Below are positions 49,976 to 63,615 of a DNA stretch of 64,000 nt, in pieces (the first letter of the stretch is position 1; each line of letters starts with the position of its first letter). The position numbers and the translations under genes were made by a program. This DNA is from Psammoneis japonica. Its lineage: Eukaryota. The stretch spans positions 1 to 64,000 of the forward strand of contig QPGO01000305.1 in NCBI GenBank assembly GCA_008632985.1. The letters run 5' to 3'. The notes beneath the pieces were generated by a model. That model was not told the DNA's origin. It worked only from the letters and a program-made list of their open reading frames with translations, and searched no databases.

Positions 49976-51565
49976 AAAACAAACATGTCTTTTCAAGGAA
50001 AACAAACACGTCGTTTCAAGGGGAAAAAAATGTCTTTTCAAGGAAAACAAACATGTCGTTTCAAGGAAAACAAACATGTGTTCTCAAGGAAAACAAACAT
50101 GTCTTTTCAATGAAAACAAACATGTCATTTCAAGGAAAACAAACATGTCATTTCAAAGAAAACAAACACGTTGTTTCAGGGAAAACAAGCGTGTCATTTC
50201 AAGGAAAACAAACGTGTCTTTTCAAGGAAAACAAACACCCCACCTCAAACCAAGCAAAAGCAGGCATTGTGCAGTGCCGCCAAAACTTGCAGACAGGCTC
50301 AAGTCCCGCTCTGGCACTCAGCTCTCAGCTTGTGCTCCGCACAAAACCCTCAGACAATGCTTGGCTCCAATTGGCGCCCAGAGGACTCAGTTGAAGAAAC
50401 TCTGACACAAGAGCAACAGCTCTTTTCCTTTGATCTTGTTGACATGATCATGTGGAGCCATGGAGATGCTGCCGTGCACGTCATCTCTCCTTGATGACCT
50501 GTGTTCTCCCTGGCTGGACCTTTCTCACCAAACAGTTGCTCGCCGCTGAGCAGAGAGCAGCGCAGGTCACATTGTCAAATGTGGGCGCAGCTGAAACACA
50601 AATTGGCTCATCTTGTGTGGCCCGCAAGGCTTGAGACCAAAAAAAAACCAAACCCCAATTTTAAGTGCCGTTGCACCTTTGCCCAGCAACACCGGCGCCG
50701 GCCAAATTCAGGCTGTCTTTCAGTCTTGGACGGACCACAGAGATCCAGTTTTGGACCCTCGTTGTTGAAAATGACAGTTGTTCTTCGACCAAATCTAGCA
50801 ATGCGCCTCTGTCCTTTGCCAAGCATTCTTGTCGTTTGTTGCATGTCGCCGTCAGTTTGGCTTCCGCCTTCCTCTGTTGAGATGATTTCCAAGAATCAAC
50901 ATGGTGCCCGTGAACCAACTTGTTGTGCTCTTCCCAAAGTTCCCACCAGCACCTCCACCATGTTTGTTTTCCTTGAAACGACATGTTTGTTTTCCTTGAA
51001 ACCACATGTTTTTGTTTTCCTTGAAACAACATGTTTGTTTTCATTGAAAAGACATGTTTGATTTCCTTGAAACGACATGTTTGTTTTCCTTGAAACCACA
51101 TGTTTGTTTTCCTTGAAAAGACACATTTTTTTTTCCTTGAAACAACATGTTTGTTTTCCTTGAAATGGCATGTTTGTTTTCCTTGAAGTGACATGTTTGT
51201 TTTCCTTGAAAACACACATTTGTTTTCCTTGAAACAACATGATTGTTTTCCTTGAAATGGCACGTTTGTTTTCTTTGAAACGACGTGTTCATTTTCCTTG
51301 AAACGACATGTTTGTTTTCATTGAAAAGACATGTTTGTTTTCTTTGAAACGAAGTGTTTGTTTTCCTTGAAAAGACATGTTTGTTTTCCTTGAAAAGACA
51401 TGTTTGTTTTCCTTGAAACCACATGTTTGTTTTCCTGGAAACCACATGTTTGTTTTCCTTAAAATGACGCGTTTGTTTTCTTTGAAACAACATGTTTGTT
51501 TTCATTTGTTTTCCTTGAATTGACATTTTTTTTGAAATGACACATTTGTCTTTCTTAAAACAACA
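49975..51565. repeat. Satellite arrays (49975-50236 +, 50958-51565 -) around mixed repeat fragments
   Basis: Tandem monomers. Intervening pieces match ~3720-3845, ~8730-8880 and 30065-30337. Confidence 0.88.
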
Positions 51566-51789
51566 TGAGTTTGCCTTGAATTCTGTGCAAGAACGCACTG
51601 ACGGAAGCAAACCAACACAATTCCATGTGCAGGAGAACAGCATCTGCACCCCACAAGAAGCTCGCGCCTGTCCCCAAGTTCAGTTGGATCCATGAGACTG
51701 CAGTGTGCAGCAATTTGTGGGGTTGATCCTCTCCCCCGCAATTGAGCAACTCCTTTTTTGATGTCTGGCGGTCAAAACCTGCCACCGCC

Positions 51790-53025
51790 AATCCAGCACC
51801 ACCGGCAAAGAAGAGAAAGAAAAATGAGGCTGTTGAGCCAATGAGCCTGAGACTTCAGGCAGTGTTGAAGAGAATGGGCACGCAGGCAGTGCATGGTGCG
51901 CTGAAACCAGAAGTGGAGAAGGTGGCTGGAAATGACCTCTTTTTCACAGGTGAAGTTTCTCAGTCCATCAGAATTGGCAAGCAATGGGAGCGTCTCAATG
52001 TTTGTCAAGAAACAGATTGCTGGTGGCAACATGGACACTTCAAATTGGTCAGGAACTTGGGAGGAATGGGCAAAAGAGGCGGCAAAAAGGCAAGTTGACA
52101 ATCTCAGAAACACGGTGTGTTCGGCTGTTGGGGCGGAGGCATTGGCCCGCAAGTTGGGCGACCAATGTGTGTGACTCGAGAGTTGCGCGCATCTCGCAAG
52201 AAGATGACGGTGATGCTTTGTCTGTGCAGGCATTGTCGCCAACAAAGAGAGAAAGGAAAAAGAAAAGAAACTCAAGGTGGCAGTCAAGAGGAAAAAGCAA
52301 GGCAGGAAAAAGTCAAGCCGTGACAAGAACGAAAAGAAAGACATCCCGATTGTGCCGACATGGGATCCGCTTGGCCCAGACACCATCGCTGGCAGCAAAC
52401 GAAGGAACAAGCAGGCACGCAAGTGGTTCTGTGATCACACCCCTGTTTGCAAAAATTGACAAACCAAGGATTGTGCGGCAGTGCAATCATGGATTGGCAC
52501 ATGGCAACAAGGTGGAGGCAGAAATGGCGATGTGGGCACAGTGAAAAATGGCGCACATGATTCTCAACAAGTTGTCGCGACATTGGCGCAGCAAACTTGC
52601 AACCAGAGGTTGGCCTGTCATTGTGCGACAACAATTTTTTGCAACATTTTGACAAATTGCCATCATGCAAATCCACACATTTTTAACGTTTCGTGCACTC
52701 TGATGCGTGTGTTGTGCACAGCATCATCGCACAGCATTTGTCCAACTCTCCCTCTCATCACAGGATGGGTTGTCACCATGTGGTGCATCTGCACAGCGGA
52801 CTTGCAAATTTGACCATGCACTCCCTCTGTCAGGCAGGATGGGTTGGTGCCATGTGGCGCATCCGGCCAAGGGAGGAGTGGGTTCGAAGCCCAGCCGCCC
52901 ACCCCGGATGGGGTTGGAAAGGGGCAGGCCGAGAAAGAAAAGGAGGCTTGGATTTGAGGCCGATTCGAGCCAGCGACCTCAGGAAGCGCAAAGACTCACA
53001 ACCACTCAGAACGCTGCACACTGTC
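51790..53025 (+). repeat. Module M copy
   Basis: Colinear with 32000-33195. Confidence 0.93.
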
Positions 53026-53029
53026 CTTT

Positions 53030-55437
53030 CAACATGTTTGTTTTCTTTGAAACGACACACTTGTTTTCCTTGAAACAACATGTTTGTTTTCCTTGAAACG
53101 ACATGTTTGTTTTTCTTGAAAAGACACATTTGTTTTCCTTGAAACGACATGTTTGTTTTCTCTGAAATGGCATGTTTGTTTTCCTTGAAACGACATGTTT
53201 GTTTTCCTTGAAACCACATGTTTGTTTTCATTGAAATGACACATTTGTTTTCCTTGAAACGACATGTTTGTTTTCATTGAAAAGACATGTTTGTTTTCTT
53301 TGAAATGAAATGTTTGTTTTCATTGAAAAGACACGTTTGTTTTCCTTGAAACAACACATTTGTTTTCCTTGAAACAACATGTTTGTTTTCCTTGAAATGA
53401 CACGTTTGTTTTCCTTGAAACGACATGTTTGTTTTTCTTCAAACGACATGTTTGTTTTCCTTGAAACCACATGTTCGTTTTCCTTGAAACAACACGTTTG
53501 TTTTCCTTGAAAAGACATGTTTGTTTTCCTTGAAACGACATGTTTGTTTTTCTTTAAACGACATGTTTGTTTTCCTTGAAACCACATGTTCATTTTCCTT
53601 GAAATGACACATTTGTTTTCCTTGAAAAGACATGTTTGTTTTCTTTGAAACGACATGTTTGTTTTTTTTTGAAATGACATGTTTTTTTTTCCTTGAAAAG
53701 ACATGTTTGTTTTCTCTGAAACCACATGTTTGTTTTCCCTGAAACGACACATTTGTTTTCCTTGAAAAGACATGTTTGTTTTCCTTGAAAAAACATGTTT
53801 GTTTTCCTCGAAAAGACATGTTTGTTTTCCTTGAAACGACATGTTTGTTTTCCCTGAAACGACATGTTTGGTTTCTTTGAAACCACATGTTTGTTTTTCT
53901 TGAAAACACATGTTTGATTTCCTTGAAATGACATGTTTGTTTTCCTTGAAACGACATGTTTGTTTTCCTTGAAAAGACATGTTTGTTTTCCTTGAAAAGA
54001 CATGTTTGTTTTCCGTGAAACGACATGTCTGATTTCCTTGAAACCACATGTTTGTTTTCCTTGAAAACACATGTTTGTTTTCCTTGAAACGACATGTTTG
54101 TTTTCCTTGAAATGACACGTTTGTTTTCCCTGAAACGACATGTTTGTTTTCCTTGAAAACACATGTTTGTTTTCCTTGAAACCACATGTTTGTTTTCTTT
54201 GAAACAACATGTTTGTTTGTGTTCCTTGAAAAGACATGTTTGTTTTCCTTGAAATGACATGTTTGTTTTCTTTAAAAAGAAGTGTTTGTTTTCTTTGAAA
54301 AGACATGTTTGTTTTCCTTGAAACCACATGTTTGTTTTTCTTGAAATGACACATTTGTTTTCCTTGAAGAGACATGTTTGTTTTCTTTGAAATGACATGT
54401 TTGTTTTTCTTGAAAATGCACGTTTGTTTTCCTTGAAAAGACATGATTGTTTTCCCTGAAACCACATGTTTGTTTTCCCTGAAATGACAAATTTGTTTTC
54501 CTTGAAAAGACATGTTTGTTTTCTTTGAAAAAACATGTTTGTTTTCCTTGAAAAGACATGTTTTTTTTTCTTGAAAAGGACATGTTTGTTTTCCCTGAAA
54601 CAACATGTTTGTTTTCCTTGAAACCACGTGTTTGTTTTCTTTGAAAACAAACTTGAAAACAAACATGTCGTTTCAAGGAAAACAAACATGTCGTTTCATG
54701 GAAAACAAACGTGTTGTTTCAAGGAAAACAAACATGTCATTTCAAGGAAAACAAACACGTGATTTCAAGGAAAACAAACGTGTGTTTTCAAGGAAAACAA
54801 AGGTGTCTTTTCAAGGAAAGCAAACATGTCATTTCAAGAAAAACAATCATGTCGTTTCAAGGAAAACAAACATGTGTTTTCAAGAAAAACAAACATGTGG
54901 TTTCAAGGAAAACAAACATGTCGTTTCATGGAAAACAAGCATGTCATTTCAAGGAAAACAAACATGTCTTTTCAAGGAAAACAAACATGTTGTCTCAAGG
55001 AAAACAAACATGTCTTTTCAAGGAAAACAAATGTGTGTTTCCAAGGAAAACAAGACGGGTTCCAGTCCCAGGTGGGACTCCGTGTGACATTGGGCCCGCA
55101 GAATTCTGCGTGCAAGCTCCGCAGCAAATTTGTGCTGCAATGAAAATGTGAATGATCGCCAACAGAAAAAGAGGCAATTTTACGAACGCATCTCCTCCTT
55201 CGCACTTGCAGCACATCATTGACAGTTTGCCCGGGCATGTTCTTCAGGGAAAACAAACATGTCGTTTCACGGAAAACAAACACGTCTTTTCAAGAAAAAC
55301 AAACACGTCTTTTCAAGGAAAACAAATGTGTCTTTTCAAGGAAAACAAACCTGTCATTTCAGGGAAAACAAACATGTGGTTTCAAGGAAAACAAACATGT
55401 CTTTTCAAGGAAAACAAACATGTCTTTTCAAGGAAAA
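53030..55437. repeat. 23-bp satellite, reverse to ~54640 then forward; half-MITE at 55055-55245
   Basis: Orientation switch at ..GTTTGTTTTCTTTGAAAACAAAC.. Confidence 0.93.
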
Positions 55438-58400
55438 CTGCCATGTTCAGTTGGACAAATGCTGTGCAACGATGCTGTTCACAACACATGCCTGAATGTG
55501 TGCTGCGCTTCCTGAGGTTGCTGGCTTGAATTGGCCTCAAATCCAAGCCTCCTTTTCTTTCTCGGCCTGCCCCTTTCCAACCCCATCTGGGGTGGGAAAC
55601 TGGGCTTCGAACCCACTCCTCCCTTGGCCGGATGTGCCACATGGCACCAACCCATCCTGCCTGACAGAGTGAGTGCATGGTCAAATTCGCAAGTCCACTG
55701 TGCAGATGCGCCACATGGCAACAACCCATCCTGCAATGAGAGGGAGAGTTGGACAAATGCTGTGCGATGATGCTGTGCACAACACACGCATCAGAGTGCA
55801 CGAAATGTTAAAAATGTGTGGATTTGCATGATGACAATTTGTCAAAATGTTGCAAAAAAATTGTTGTTGCACAATGACAGGCCAACCTCTGGTTGCAAAT
55901 TTGCTGCGCCAATGTCGCGACAACTTGTTGAGAATCATGTGCGCCATTTTTCACTGTGTCCACATCGCCATTTCTGCCTCCACCTTGTTGCCATGTGCCA
56001 ATCCATGATTGCATTGCCACACAATCCTTGGTTTGTCAATTTTTGCAAACAGGGGTGTGATCACAGAACCACTTGCGTGCCTGCTTGTTCCTTCGTTTGC
56101 TGCCGGCGACAGTGTCTGGGCCAAGCGGATCCCATGTCGGCACAATCGGGATGTCTTTCTTTTCATTCTTGTCGCGGCTTGACTTTTTCCTGCCTTGCTT
56201 TTTCCTCTTGACTGCCGCCTTGAGTTTCTTTTCTTTTTCCTTTCCCTCTTCCTTGGCGACAACGCCTGCACAGACAAAGCATCACCGTCATGTTCTTTTG
56301 AGATGCGCGCAACTCTCGAGTCACACACATTGGTCACCCAACTTACGGGCCATTGCCTCCGCCCCAACAGCCGAGCACACCGTGTTTCTGAGATTGTCAA
56401 CTTGCCTTTTTGCCGCCTTTTTTGCCCATTCCTCTCAAGTTCCTGACCAATTTGAAGTGTCCATGTTGCCACCAGCAATCTGTTTCTTGACAAACATTGA
56501 GATGCTCCCGTTGCTTGCCAATTCTGATGGACTGAGAAACTTCACCTGTGGAAAGAGATCATTTCCAGCCACCTTCTCCACTTCTGGTTTCAGCGCACCA
56601 TGCACTGCCTGCGTGCCCGTTCTCTTCAACACTGCCTGAAGTCTTGGGCTCATTGGCTCAACAGCCTCATTTTTCTTTCTCTTCTTTGCCAGCGGTGCTG
56701 GAGACGACATCTTGATCTTTTCACAGCAGGCCTGTTCCAGCTCCAGGTGCTCCGCGCGGGCTCGATTCCCGTCATTTGGAAATTTGTGCATTTGGCGCAA
56801 TTGACTTTTTCCAAATCCATTTTTTGCCAAACATGTCTTTTCAGAGAAAACAAACGTGTCATTTCAAGAAAAACAAACATGTGGTTTTAAGGAAAACAAA
56901 CGTGTCATTTCAAGGAAAACAAACATGTCTTTTCAAGGAAAACAAGCACGTCTTTTCAAGGAAAACAAACGTGTCGTTTCAAGGAAAACGAACATGTCTT
57001 TTCAATGAAAACAAACATGTCGTTTCAAGGAAAACAAACATGTTTTTTCAAGGAAAACAAACATGTCTTGAAAACAAACATGTCGTTTCAAGGAAAACAA
57101 ACACGTGTTTTCAGTGAAAACAAACGTGTCGTTTCAAGGAAAACAAATGTGTCTTTTCAAGGAAAACAAACATGTCGTTTCAAGGAAAACAAACATGTCG
57201 TTTCAAGGAAAACAAACATGTGTTTTCAAGGAAAACAAGCACATGGTTTCAAGGAAAACAAACGCGCAGTTTCATGGAAAACAAACGTGTTGTTTCAAGG
57301 AAAACAAACGTGTCTTTTCAAGGAAAACAAACATGTCGTTTCAAGGAAAACAAACGTGTCATTTCAAGGAAAACAAACATGTGGTTTCAAGGAAAACAAA
57401 CATGTCGTTTCATGGAAAACAAACATGTCGTTTCGATCAAAACAAACGTGTCATTTCAAGGAAAACAAACGTGTTGTTTCAAGGAAAACAAACATGTCGT
57501 TTCAAGGAAAACAAACATGTCTTTTCAGAGAAAACAAACATGTCTTTTCAAGGAAAACTTGTTTGTTTTCCTTGAAAGGACATGTTCAGTTGGACAAATG
57601 CTGTGTGACGATGCTGTGCACAACACATGCCTGAATGTGTGTGCGGAGAAGGGGCTCAACAGCTGGCCGAGTGGCAACTTCTTTGCCTCTTGGGTTGTTG
57701 AGAACCTCCTGCACTCGCCAGGACAGTGTGCAGTGTTCTGAGTGGTTGTGAGTCTTTGCGCTTCCTGAGGTCACTGGCTTGAATCGGCCTCAAATCCAAG
57801 CCTGCTTTTCTTTCTCGGCCTGCCCCTTTCCAACCCCATCCAGGGTGGGCGGCTGGGCTTCGAGCCCACTCCTCCCTTGGCCGGATGCGCCACATGGCGC
57901 TGGCCCATCCTGCCCAACATGGGGAGTGCATTGCCAAATTCGTGAGTCCTCTGTGCGGATGCGCCACATGGTGACAACCCATCCTGCGACGAGAGGGAGA
58001 GTTGGACAAATGCTGTGTGACGATGCTGTGCACAACACACGCCCAAATGTGTGTGCGGAGAAGGGACTCAACAGCCAGCCGAGTGGCAACTTCTTTGCCT
58101 GTTGGGTTGTTGAGAACCTCCTGCACTCACCAGGGCAGTGTGCAGCGTTCTGAGTGGTTGTGAGTCTTTGCGCTTCCTGAGGTTGCTGGCTCGAATCGGC
58201 CTCAAATCCAAGCCTCCTTTTCTTTCTCGGCCTGCCCCTTTCCAACCCCATCCGGGGTGGGCGGCTGGGCTTCGAACCCACTCCTCCCTTGGCCGGATGC
58301 GCCACATGGCACCAACCCATCCTGCCTGACAGAGGGAGTGCATGGTCAAATTCGCAAGTCCGCTGTGCAGATGCACCACATGGCGACAACCCATCCTGCG

Positions 58401-59490
58401 ATGAGAGGGAGTGTTGGACAAATGCTGTGCGATGATGCTGTGCACAACACATGCATCAGAGTGCACGAAACGTTAAAAATGTGTGGATTTGCATGATGGC
58501 AGTTTGTCAAAATGTTGCAAAAAATTGTTGTCGCACAATGACAGGCCAACCTCTGGTTGCAAGTTTGCTGCGCCAATGTCGCGACAACTTGTTGAGAATC
58601 ATGTGTGCCATTTTTCGCTGTGCCCACATCGCCATTTCTGCCTCCACCTTGTTGCCATGTGCCAATCCATGATTGCACTGCCACACAATCCTTGGTTTGT
58701 CAATTTTTGCAAACAGGGGTGTGATCACAGAACCACTTGCGTGCCTGCTTGTTCCTTCGTTTGCTGCCAGCGACAGTGTCTGGGCCAAGCGGATCCCATG
58801 TCGGCACAATCGGGATGTCTTTCTTTTCGTTCTTGTCACGGCTTGACTTTTTCCTGCCTTGCTTTTTCCTCTTGACTGCCGCCTTGAGTTTCTTTTCTTT
58901 TTCCTTTCCCTCTTCCTTGGCGACAATGCCTGCACAGACAAAGCATCACCGTCATCTTCTTTTGAGATGCACGCAACTCTCGAGTCACACACATTGGTCA
59001 CCCAGCTTGCGGGCCATTGCCTCCACCCCAACAGCCGAGCACACCGTGTTTCTGATGTTGTCAACTTGCCTTTTTGCCACCTCTTTTGCCCATTCCTCCC
59101 AAGTTCCTGACCAATTTGAAGTGTCCATGTTGCCACCAGCAATCTGTTTCTTGACAAACATTGAGACGCTCCCATTGCTTGCCAATTCTGATGGACTGAG
59201 AAACTTCACCTGTGAAAAGAGATCATTTCCAGCCACCTTCTCCACTTCTGGTTTCAGCGCACCATGCGCTGCCTGCGTGCCCATTCTCTTCAACACTGCC
59301 TGAAGTCAAAGGCTCATTGGCTCAACAGTCTCATTTTTCTTTCTCTTCTTTGCCGGTGGTGCTGGAGACGACATCTTGATCTTTTCACAGCAGGCCTGTT
59401 CCAGCTCCAGGTGCTCCGCGCGGGTTCGATTCCCATCATTTGGAAATTTGTGCATTTGGCGCAATTGACTTTTTCCAAATCCGTTTGTTG
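55437..59490 (-). repeat. Two inverted module M copies separated by satellite (56830-57585)
   Basis: Reverse complements of module M. The 3' part is tandemly duplicated at 57585-58430. Confidence 0.92.
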
Positions 59491-60117
59491 CCTGATCAAA
59501 GGGTGAGTGTGCACTTTACATGCATTTTTGGGTGCACACTCGCCTTTCGATTTTCGAAACGATCAAAATTGAAGGAGTCAATTGTGCTGAACTGCGCAGA
59601 AAATCGGCCTCTTGCGTGATGAAAAGCAGAGCACCTGGAGCTGGAACAGGCCAGCAACAATGAGAGGAGCACTGCTGTTCGACAGTGCAGCCGTCATTTG
59701 GGTCGTGTTGACACAGCCAGCCACTCCATTTTTCTCCACAACATTGAACAAATTGTTGTCAGCAACCACGCTGCTGCAGTGCATCCTTGCTCTGAAGAGT
59801 GCGCGCCAATGAGGAATGTCCCCATTTGCGTGGCTGCTGCCATGTGGGTTGATCCAGCCAATGGACAGCCATGCCCACTGCCAGCCCATGAGGCTGTGTT
59901 TTTCAGGGAAAGAATGACTGACACCCTGCTGTGCCCCAGCCAACTGTGAGCAAGTGAGCTGACTGTCCACGACACCCCTCGCCAGTTTGACCCCAACAGC
60001 GCGCACTCTGTTGTTTTCCCTGACATAAAAATCAGGGTGCTTTTGCGTGCGCAAGGTGAGTTGAGTGCCAGAGCGGGACTTGGGCCTGTCTGCAGAGAAG
60101 ACTTCAATGTCAAGGTC

Positions 60118-63100
60118 AAACAAACATGTCTTGAAAACAAACATGTCTTTTCAAGGAAAACAAACATGTCATTTCAAGGAAAACAAACATGTCGCTTCAA
60201 GGGAAAAAAATGTCTTTTCAAGGAAAACAAATGCGGCGTTTCAAGGAAAACAAACATGTGGTTTCAATGAAAACAACCGTGTCTTTTCTGGGAAAACAAG
60301 TGTGTCGTTTCAAGGAAAACAAACACGTCTTTTCAAGGAAAACAAACACTTCGTTTCAAGGAAAACAAACATGTCTTTTCAAAAAAAACAAACGTGTCGT
60401 TTCAAGGAAAACAAACATGTCTTTTCAAGGAAAACAAACGTGTCATTTCAAAGAAAACAAACATGTGGTTTCAAGGAAAACAAAGATGTCTTTTCAAGGA
60501 AAACAAGCATGTCTTTTCAAGGAAAACAAATGTGTCATTTCAAGAAAAACAATCGCGTCGTTTCAAGGAAAACAAACATGTCCTTTCAGGGAAAACAAAC
60601 ATGTCTTTTCAATGAAAACAAACATGTCATTTCAAGGAAAACAAACATGTCTTGAAAACAAACATGTCTTTTCAAGGAAAACAAACATGTCGTTTCAAGG
60701 GGGAAAAAAATGTCTTTTCAAGGACAACAAACATGTTGTTTCAAGGAAAACAAACATGTGTTTTCAAGGAAAACGTTGGATTGGACATTGGATGTTTGCC
60801 GCTTGAGACAGCACAGAGCCAACAGAGACAAAATTTGCCAGGGGCCCTGCTCAAGATGGCGCCTGCCACTTAAGACTGGATGTTGAGCACTCGAGACACT
60901 GCAGTTCACCACTTGAGACGATGACAGACGCGTTCCAGGTCCAGGTGGGACCTCGCACTGCTGAACTGTGACATTGACAGTTTTTTGAATCACGTCGCAT
61001 GTTGCGCACGTAGATTTCTGCGTGATTTTTTTGACACATTTTGTCATTTTATGGTGCATTCATTGAGCGATCCGTCCAACAACTTTTGACATTTTTTGTT
61101 GCAGCGCGATTCTACAATGTCTTGAGAGTCGCGCAGGGCAGGTGCACCTGCAAAAACGTCGAGTGGCAAGAGGCACAATTGCACCACAAACTTGGCAGCT
61201 CATTTGATGTTGAAGACAAACACACCCATTGGTCAAATTCTTGCACTGCGGAGCTCGCACATGGAATTCTGTGGGCCCAATGTCACACGGAGTCCCATCC
61301 AGGACTGGAACCCATCGTTTTCAAGTGAGACAAATGTGTGGTTTCAAGGAAAACAAACACGCAAACAAACAAACATGTCAACGGGTTCCAGCCCCAGGTG
61401 GGACTTTTTGTGACATTTGCCCCGTGGAATTCTGCGAGCTCTGCAGCTCGCACTCTGGTTGATGGACACATTTGTCTTCAACATGAAAAAAACGGCCAAG
61501 TTTGTGGCACATCTGTCCATGCAGGTGCTCAAAGTTTTGGACAATGTGCCTGCCCTGCGCCATTCTCAAGACACTTGAGAATGGCGCAGAAGAAAAAAAT
61601 GTCAAAAGTTGGTCAATGCATGGCCTGACAATTGCACTGTAAAATCACACAAAATTTCACCACAATCACCCAGAAATGTGTGTGCGCAACATACGACGCG
61701 ATTCAAAAAACTGTCAATGTCACATTTCAGCAGTGCAAGGTCCCACCTGGACCTGGAGCGCGTCTGTCATTTCAAGGAAAACAAACATGTCTTTTGATGG
61801 AAAACAAACATGTCTTTTGATGGAAAACAAACATGTTGTTTCAAGGAAAACAAACGTGTTGTTTCAAGGAAAACAAACACGTCTTTTCAAGGAAAACAAA
61901 CATGTCGTTTCAAGGAAAACAAACGTGTGGTTTCAAAAAAAAACAAACATGTCTTTTCAAGGAGAGAGAATGGCGTAGAAGAAAAAAATGTCAAAAGTTG
62001 ATCAATGCATGGCCTGACAATTGCACTGTAAAATCACACAAAATTTCACCACAGTCATGCAGAAATGTGCGTGCGCGACACACGATGCGATTCAAAAAGC
62101 TGTCGATGTCACAGTTCAGCAGTGCGAGGTCCCACCTAGACCTGGGATGCATCTGTCGTTTCAAGGAAAACAAATGTGTGTTTTCAAGGAAAACAAACAT
62201 GTCGTTTCAAGGAAAACAAACACGCTTTTCCAAATCCGTTTTTTGCCAAACATGTCTTTTCAGAGAAAACAAACGTGTCATTTCAAGAAAAACAAACATG
62301 TGGTTTTAAGGAAAACAAATGTGTCATTTCAAGGAAAACAAACATGTCTTTTCAAGGAAAACAAACGTGTCGTTTCAAGGAAAACAAATGTGTCTTTTCA
62401 AGGAAAACAAACATGTCTTTTCAATGAAAACAAACACGTCATTTCAAGGAAAACAAACATGTTTTTTCAAGGAAAACAAACATGTCTTGAAAACAAACAT
62501 GTCGTTTCAAGGAAAACAAACACGTGTTTTCAGTGAAAACAAACATGTCGTTTCAAGGAAAACAAACATGTCATTTCAAGGAAAACAAACATGTCGTTTC
62601 AAGGAAAACAAACATGTGTTTTCAAGGAAAACAAACATGTGGTTTCAAGGAAAACAAACATGTCATTTCAAGGAAAACAAACATGTGTTTTCAAGGAAAA
62701 CAAACATGTGGTTTCAAGGAAAACAGACATGTGGTTTCAAGGAAAACAGACATGTCGTTTCAGGGAAAACAAACATGTCATTTCAAGGAAAACAAACATG
62801 TCTTTTCAAGGAAAACAAACATGTCATTTCAAGGAAATCAAACATGCGTTTTCAAGAAAAACAAACATGTGGTTTCAAAGAAACCAAACATGTCGTTTCA
62901 GGGAAACCAAACATGTCGTTTCAAGGAAAACAAACATGTCTTTTCAAGGAAAACAAACATGTTTTTTCACAGAAAACAAACATGTCTTTTCAAGGAAAAC
63001 AAATGTGTCGTTTCAGGGAAAACAAACATGTGGTTTCAGAGAAAACAAACATGTCTTTTCAAGGAAAACAAACATGTCGTTTCAAAAAAAAACAAACATG

Positions 63101-63615
63101 TCGTTTCAAAGAAAATGAACATGTCTTTTCAAGGAAAACAAACGTGTCATTTCAAAGAAAACGAACATGTGGTTTCAAGGAAAACAAACATGTCGTTTAA
63201 AGAAAAACAAACATGTCATTTCAAGGAAAACAAACATGTCTTTTCAAGAAAAACAAACGTGTCGTTTCAAGGAAAATGAACATGTGGTTTCAAGGAAAAC
63301 AAACATGTCGTTTGAAGAAAAACAAACATGTCGTTTCAAGGAAAACAAACGTGTCATTTCAAGGAAAACAAACCTGTTGTTTCAAGGAAAACAAACATGT
63401 GGTTTCAAGGAAATCAAACATGTCTTTTTAATGAAAACAAACATGTCGTTTCAAGGAAAACAAACGTGTCATTTTAATGAAAACAAACATGTGGTTTCAA
63501 GGAAATCAATGTTTGTTTTCCTTGAAACGACACGTTTGTTTTCCTTGAAACAACAGGTTTGTTTTCTTTGAAACGACATGTTGTTTTTTTTTGAAACGAC
63601 ATGTTTGTTTTTCTT
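60118..63615 (+). repeat. 23-bp satellite with MITE pair (60927-61316, 61380-61764) and partial MITE (61965-62153); flips at ~63508
   Basis: Same block as 36400-38460. Confidence 0.92.

Noticed and set aside
9041..63571. Long K/N/F/Q-rich ORFs (FQGKQTCLFKENKHVFSRKTNMS)n
   Set aside because: They are translations of the 23-bp satellite, which lacks stops on one strand. All three frames give the same peptide.
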